Below, in pieces: positions 61,054 to 64,000 of a stretch of 64,000 nucleotides of DNA. The stretch spans positions 62,001 to 126,000 of the forward strand of contig RBZT01000673.1 of the NCBI GenBank assembly GCA_003693705.1, written 5' to 3'. Below the pieces are notes generated by a model, which saw only the letters and a list, made by a program, of their open reading frames with translations, ran no database searches and had not been told where the DNA came from. Position numbers and translations under genes: made by a program. Positions within the stretch are counted from its first letter, which is position 1. Every line of letters starts with the position of its first letter. Origin of the DNA: Polymyxa betae A26-41. Its lineage: Eukaryota; Protista; Endomyxa: Phytomyxea.

Positions 61054-62466
61054 TTAGGCTTCAGGTTGCGCATTTACTGAGACAAGTCCATCCTTAAGAC
61101 AATCGATTATGGCATCTGTAAATAGCTGGGTATTGCCTTGCCCTCCAACATCTTTGGTTCGTGAAGACGGATCCTGCAATCTGTTTGCAGCAATCAGCAA
61201 TGATATAGGAAAATTGCCAAATCGGCAGGAGTTACGTTTTCAGTAAAGCAGCCTCAATGTGTTTAGCTGCGTTCTCCTCTCCAAGATATTTCAGCATCAT
61301 GGTTGCAGAAAGAATCTGCGACGTGGGATTAGCGATACCCTTCCCAGCAATATCAGGAGCAGATCCATGTGCTGGCTCAAATAGCGCATGGTCAACGCCG
61401 TACTGGCCGCTATAGGCCACGCCTAATGATCCCGTTAGACCGGCGCCAAGATCTGAAATTAAGTCCCCGAATAGGTTAGGGCATAATAGGACATCGCTCT
61501 TTGAAGGATCAAGTACGAGCTTCGTGCTGAATTCCAATAAGTATCAATATTTGGCCAAACATCAAACACGAATGTCGAATCATTGCATCATGACCCGATT
61601 CGGGCGCTTACGTACATGAGACTGTCAGCAAGTTGTTCTGTGTACTGAACGTCTTGATAATCTGCAGCTATTTGACGGGCACACTGCAGGAATAACCCAT
61701 CGGCTAGAGGGCAGACATTGGCTTTATGGACAGCTGTGACACACGAACGACCATTATCTCGAGCATACTGAAAAGCAAATTTGGCAATTCTTGTGCTGGC
61801 ATTCCTACTTATCCGCTTAATGCCTTCAACCGTGTTCTGATCAACCCAACGCTCTTCTCCCGTGTATAAATCCTATAAAAACAAGTAAGCCGACAACGCT
61901 GTCTTGTTCGTGAGCATGATCACCTCAGTATTCTCACGTATTACAACCAGATCGACATTGTCAAATAGGGAACGAACGCCAGGTAAAGTTCGAGAAGGAC
62001 GAACGTTGGCGAACAGGTTGAACAATTTCCGCAAAGCCTGATTGGCGCTGGTAAAAGACTTTCCATTGACTTCTACTTTGGGACTCGTTCCCGGTGGTAC
62101 TGTGATTGGTCCTTTGAAGATCACACCAGTTTCATCGAAAGCAGACAGAATGCGTTCATCAAGAAACTTTCCTAATACAAAGTACATGGGAATGTGTTTT
62201 CGATTGCAGCTAATTCTATACCAGATTTCAAATAATAATCGTTACCAAATTCATATTCTTTCCAATTGATCTGAACTCCAGAAGCCTCAATAATTCTACA
62301 GGTATTATCGACACATTCAGGTCCGATCCCATCACCTCGAAGCAACACTCTAGACAGCCAATCTGAGAATTCTTCAATCAACCAAACCCTTTTCATACAC
62401 AGAATGGCTGGAACGTGGTCGAACCTGGCTCAAAGACCGGGTCAATGTGGATTTCAGCATGCTCAT
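61054..62466 (-). CDS. Isocitrate/isopropylmalate (beta-decarboxylating) dehydrogenase family, probably NAD-IDH or homoisocitrate DH, multi-exon
   Basis: GDGIGPE, LFANVRP, VIRENTEDLY, VHKANV, PNLFGDLISDL, FEPAHGSAPDIAGKGIANP. Confidence 0.93.
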
Positions 62467-62989
62467 AAAATGTCTACAACGCACTTTCGATTATACTGTA
62501 CCAACTAGCAAACGAATGTTGGTTTGGTTTAATGCCGCTCTGCAGTACATAGTTGACGAGGATGAAAATCTTATCGGCCCACGAGCAATGTCAGACAAAT
62601 GATAGAGTATCAGCTTGGTCGTGACTAAAGTCTTGGAAAGCCATCGTTTCTTCTGATCCAGGAGAAGATGGCTGAAATGATGAGTGAATTTTATTACAGT
62701 AGCGAAAAGCAACACTACATGGGGTGGCCTTCAAAATAGAAGTGAAATGCAATCACTGGAGTCATAATTCAAGGCTCGATATGCCTACTCTTATTGGCAT
62801 GTGAGTTCAACTACGTATGAGCAAAAACCCTCTCCTGCGGTGTGTGTCAAAATGACCGCCAGAGAATTCCATCAGTTTCCGTGATCGAAAGTTTCGCGAC
62901 TGCGCAGTTTTTAGGTTGGATTTGTCAGTCGGTATGGTTCCACGTCGCTCATTGTTTGTAATCGACACGATTATCGTCAATTACAGATA

Positions 62990-64000
62990 ATGGCCGGCTG
63001 CAAATGCGGCGGCACCGATATCGAGTATGACCACAGCCGTGGAGATGCAACATGCATGTCATGTGGTGCCGTTCTGTCTGAGAACCAGATCGTTACCGAG
63101 CTTGGTTTCGTGGAGAACGCAGCGGGTGTCAGCTCCATGGTTGGGCAGTTCGTACCAGCGTCGGGTATGTCCCAGCTTGGGGCTGGCGCGAAGTTATCAC
63201 GCCCGGGTACGATGTTCGGCACCGAATCTAGAGAAGTGACAATCTCCCGTGGGAAATTTAAGATCCAGTCGATGGCGATGTCTCTGAACATGAATAAGCA
63301 TCACGTAGAAGCTGCTCATCGCTTATTTGTTTTAGCGGTGCAGCATAACTTCACACAGGGCCGAAAAACTGACCATGTTGTCGCTGCCTGTTTGTACATC
63401 GTCTGTCGGCGAGAAAAGACGCAGCACATGCTGATCGATTTTTCTGATATTCTCCAAGAAAACGTTTATATTTTAGGTAGGGAATCTTACTTCTGTGGTG
63501 TTTCTGAGCTAATTCGTCGATTTAGGAAAAACTTACTTAAAGTTTATTCGAGTCTTAAATTTGACGATGCCGATCATCGATCCTTCGCTATTCGTCCATC
63601 GTTTCGCTGCACGGATGGAACTTGAGGAGAAAACGCATGCTGTCTCCATGACAGCTTTGCGTTTAATCGCACGCATGCGTCGTGATTGGATGGCCATAGG
63701 TACCATCTTAGGCTTCTATCACTGACGATATTAATCTTTAAATTAGGCAGGAGGCCTGCAGGTATCTGCGGAGCTGCTTTAATGATTGCCGCTAAGATTC
63801 ATGGGTTTCGTCGATCACAGAAGGAAGTTGGGCGTATTATCAAGATGTGTGAAGCGACGCTTCGGAAGCGTGTCATGGAATTCATTGATACGCCTTCGTC
63901 GCATCAGACTGTTGCTGAATTTCACGAATCTCCGGACGATTTCGCTATTGAAATGGACCCGCCTGCATTCCGTTGCAAAGTATATTGCAGCAAGACAGAA
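62990..64000 (+). CDS. BRF1: TFIIIB subunit Brf1, 3'-partial
   Basis: Zn ribbon (CKCGG..CMSCGAVL), NFTQGRK..VVAACLYIVCRREKT.HMLIDFSD, RMRRDWM..GRRPAGICGAAL. Confidence 0.96.

Noticed and set aside
1962-64000. Co-occurrence of U6, tRNA, two 7SL genes, TAD3 and BRF1 as a 'Pol III cluster'
   Set aside because: They are spread over 62 kb among unrelated genes, which is compatible with chance in a compact genome. Synteny evidence would be needed.

Overview
Compact, intron-rich eukaryotic genomic DNA: introns are mostly ~45-60 nt GT-AG, and there are two N-gaps. Axonemal genes (RSP3, CFAP54) indicate a flagellated protist; a plasmodiophorid-type organism is plausible, but that is inference only. 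Recognisable genes are VPS54 (partial), RSPH3, RPS27, a cytidylyltransferase-GHMP kinase fusion, a short kinesin, CD2BP2/LIN1, a cNMP-binding protein, TOM40, CFAP54, an SLC25 carrier, an LC8-type dynein light chain, SEC5, a C2H2 protein, TAD3, ORC1, PEPCK, an isocitrate/isopropylmalate-family dehydrogenase and BRF1 (partial). RNA genes are U6 snRNA, tRNA-Trp(CCA) and two near-identical SRP (7SL) RNA genes. Accessory content includes a tandemly duplicated family of secreted 'MKVKSAL' proteins, a LINE remnant with target-site duplication, His-rich and mucin-like secreted proteins, and a DDE transposase remnant. The most notable patterns are four. (1) An identical 11-mer AGGTCCCATAA lies at exactly -68..-58 of U6 and of both 7SL genes. 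(2) A compositionally anomalous domain over CFAP54 has seven introns carrying telomere-repeat/telo-box motifs. (3) A 4-Cys module that I do not recognise is amplified by exon duplication. (4) A minimal kinesin ends in a CaaX box, and RSP3 is fused to a ubiquitin-like domain. Exon boundaries were read by eye and are approximate.
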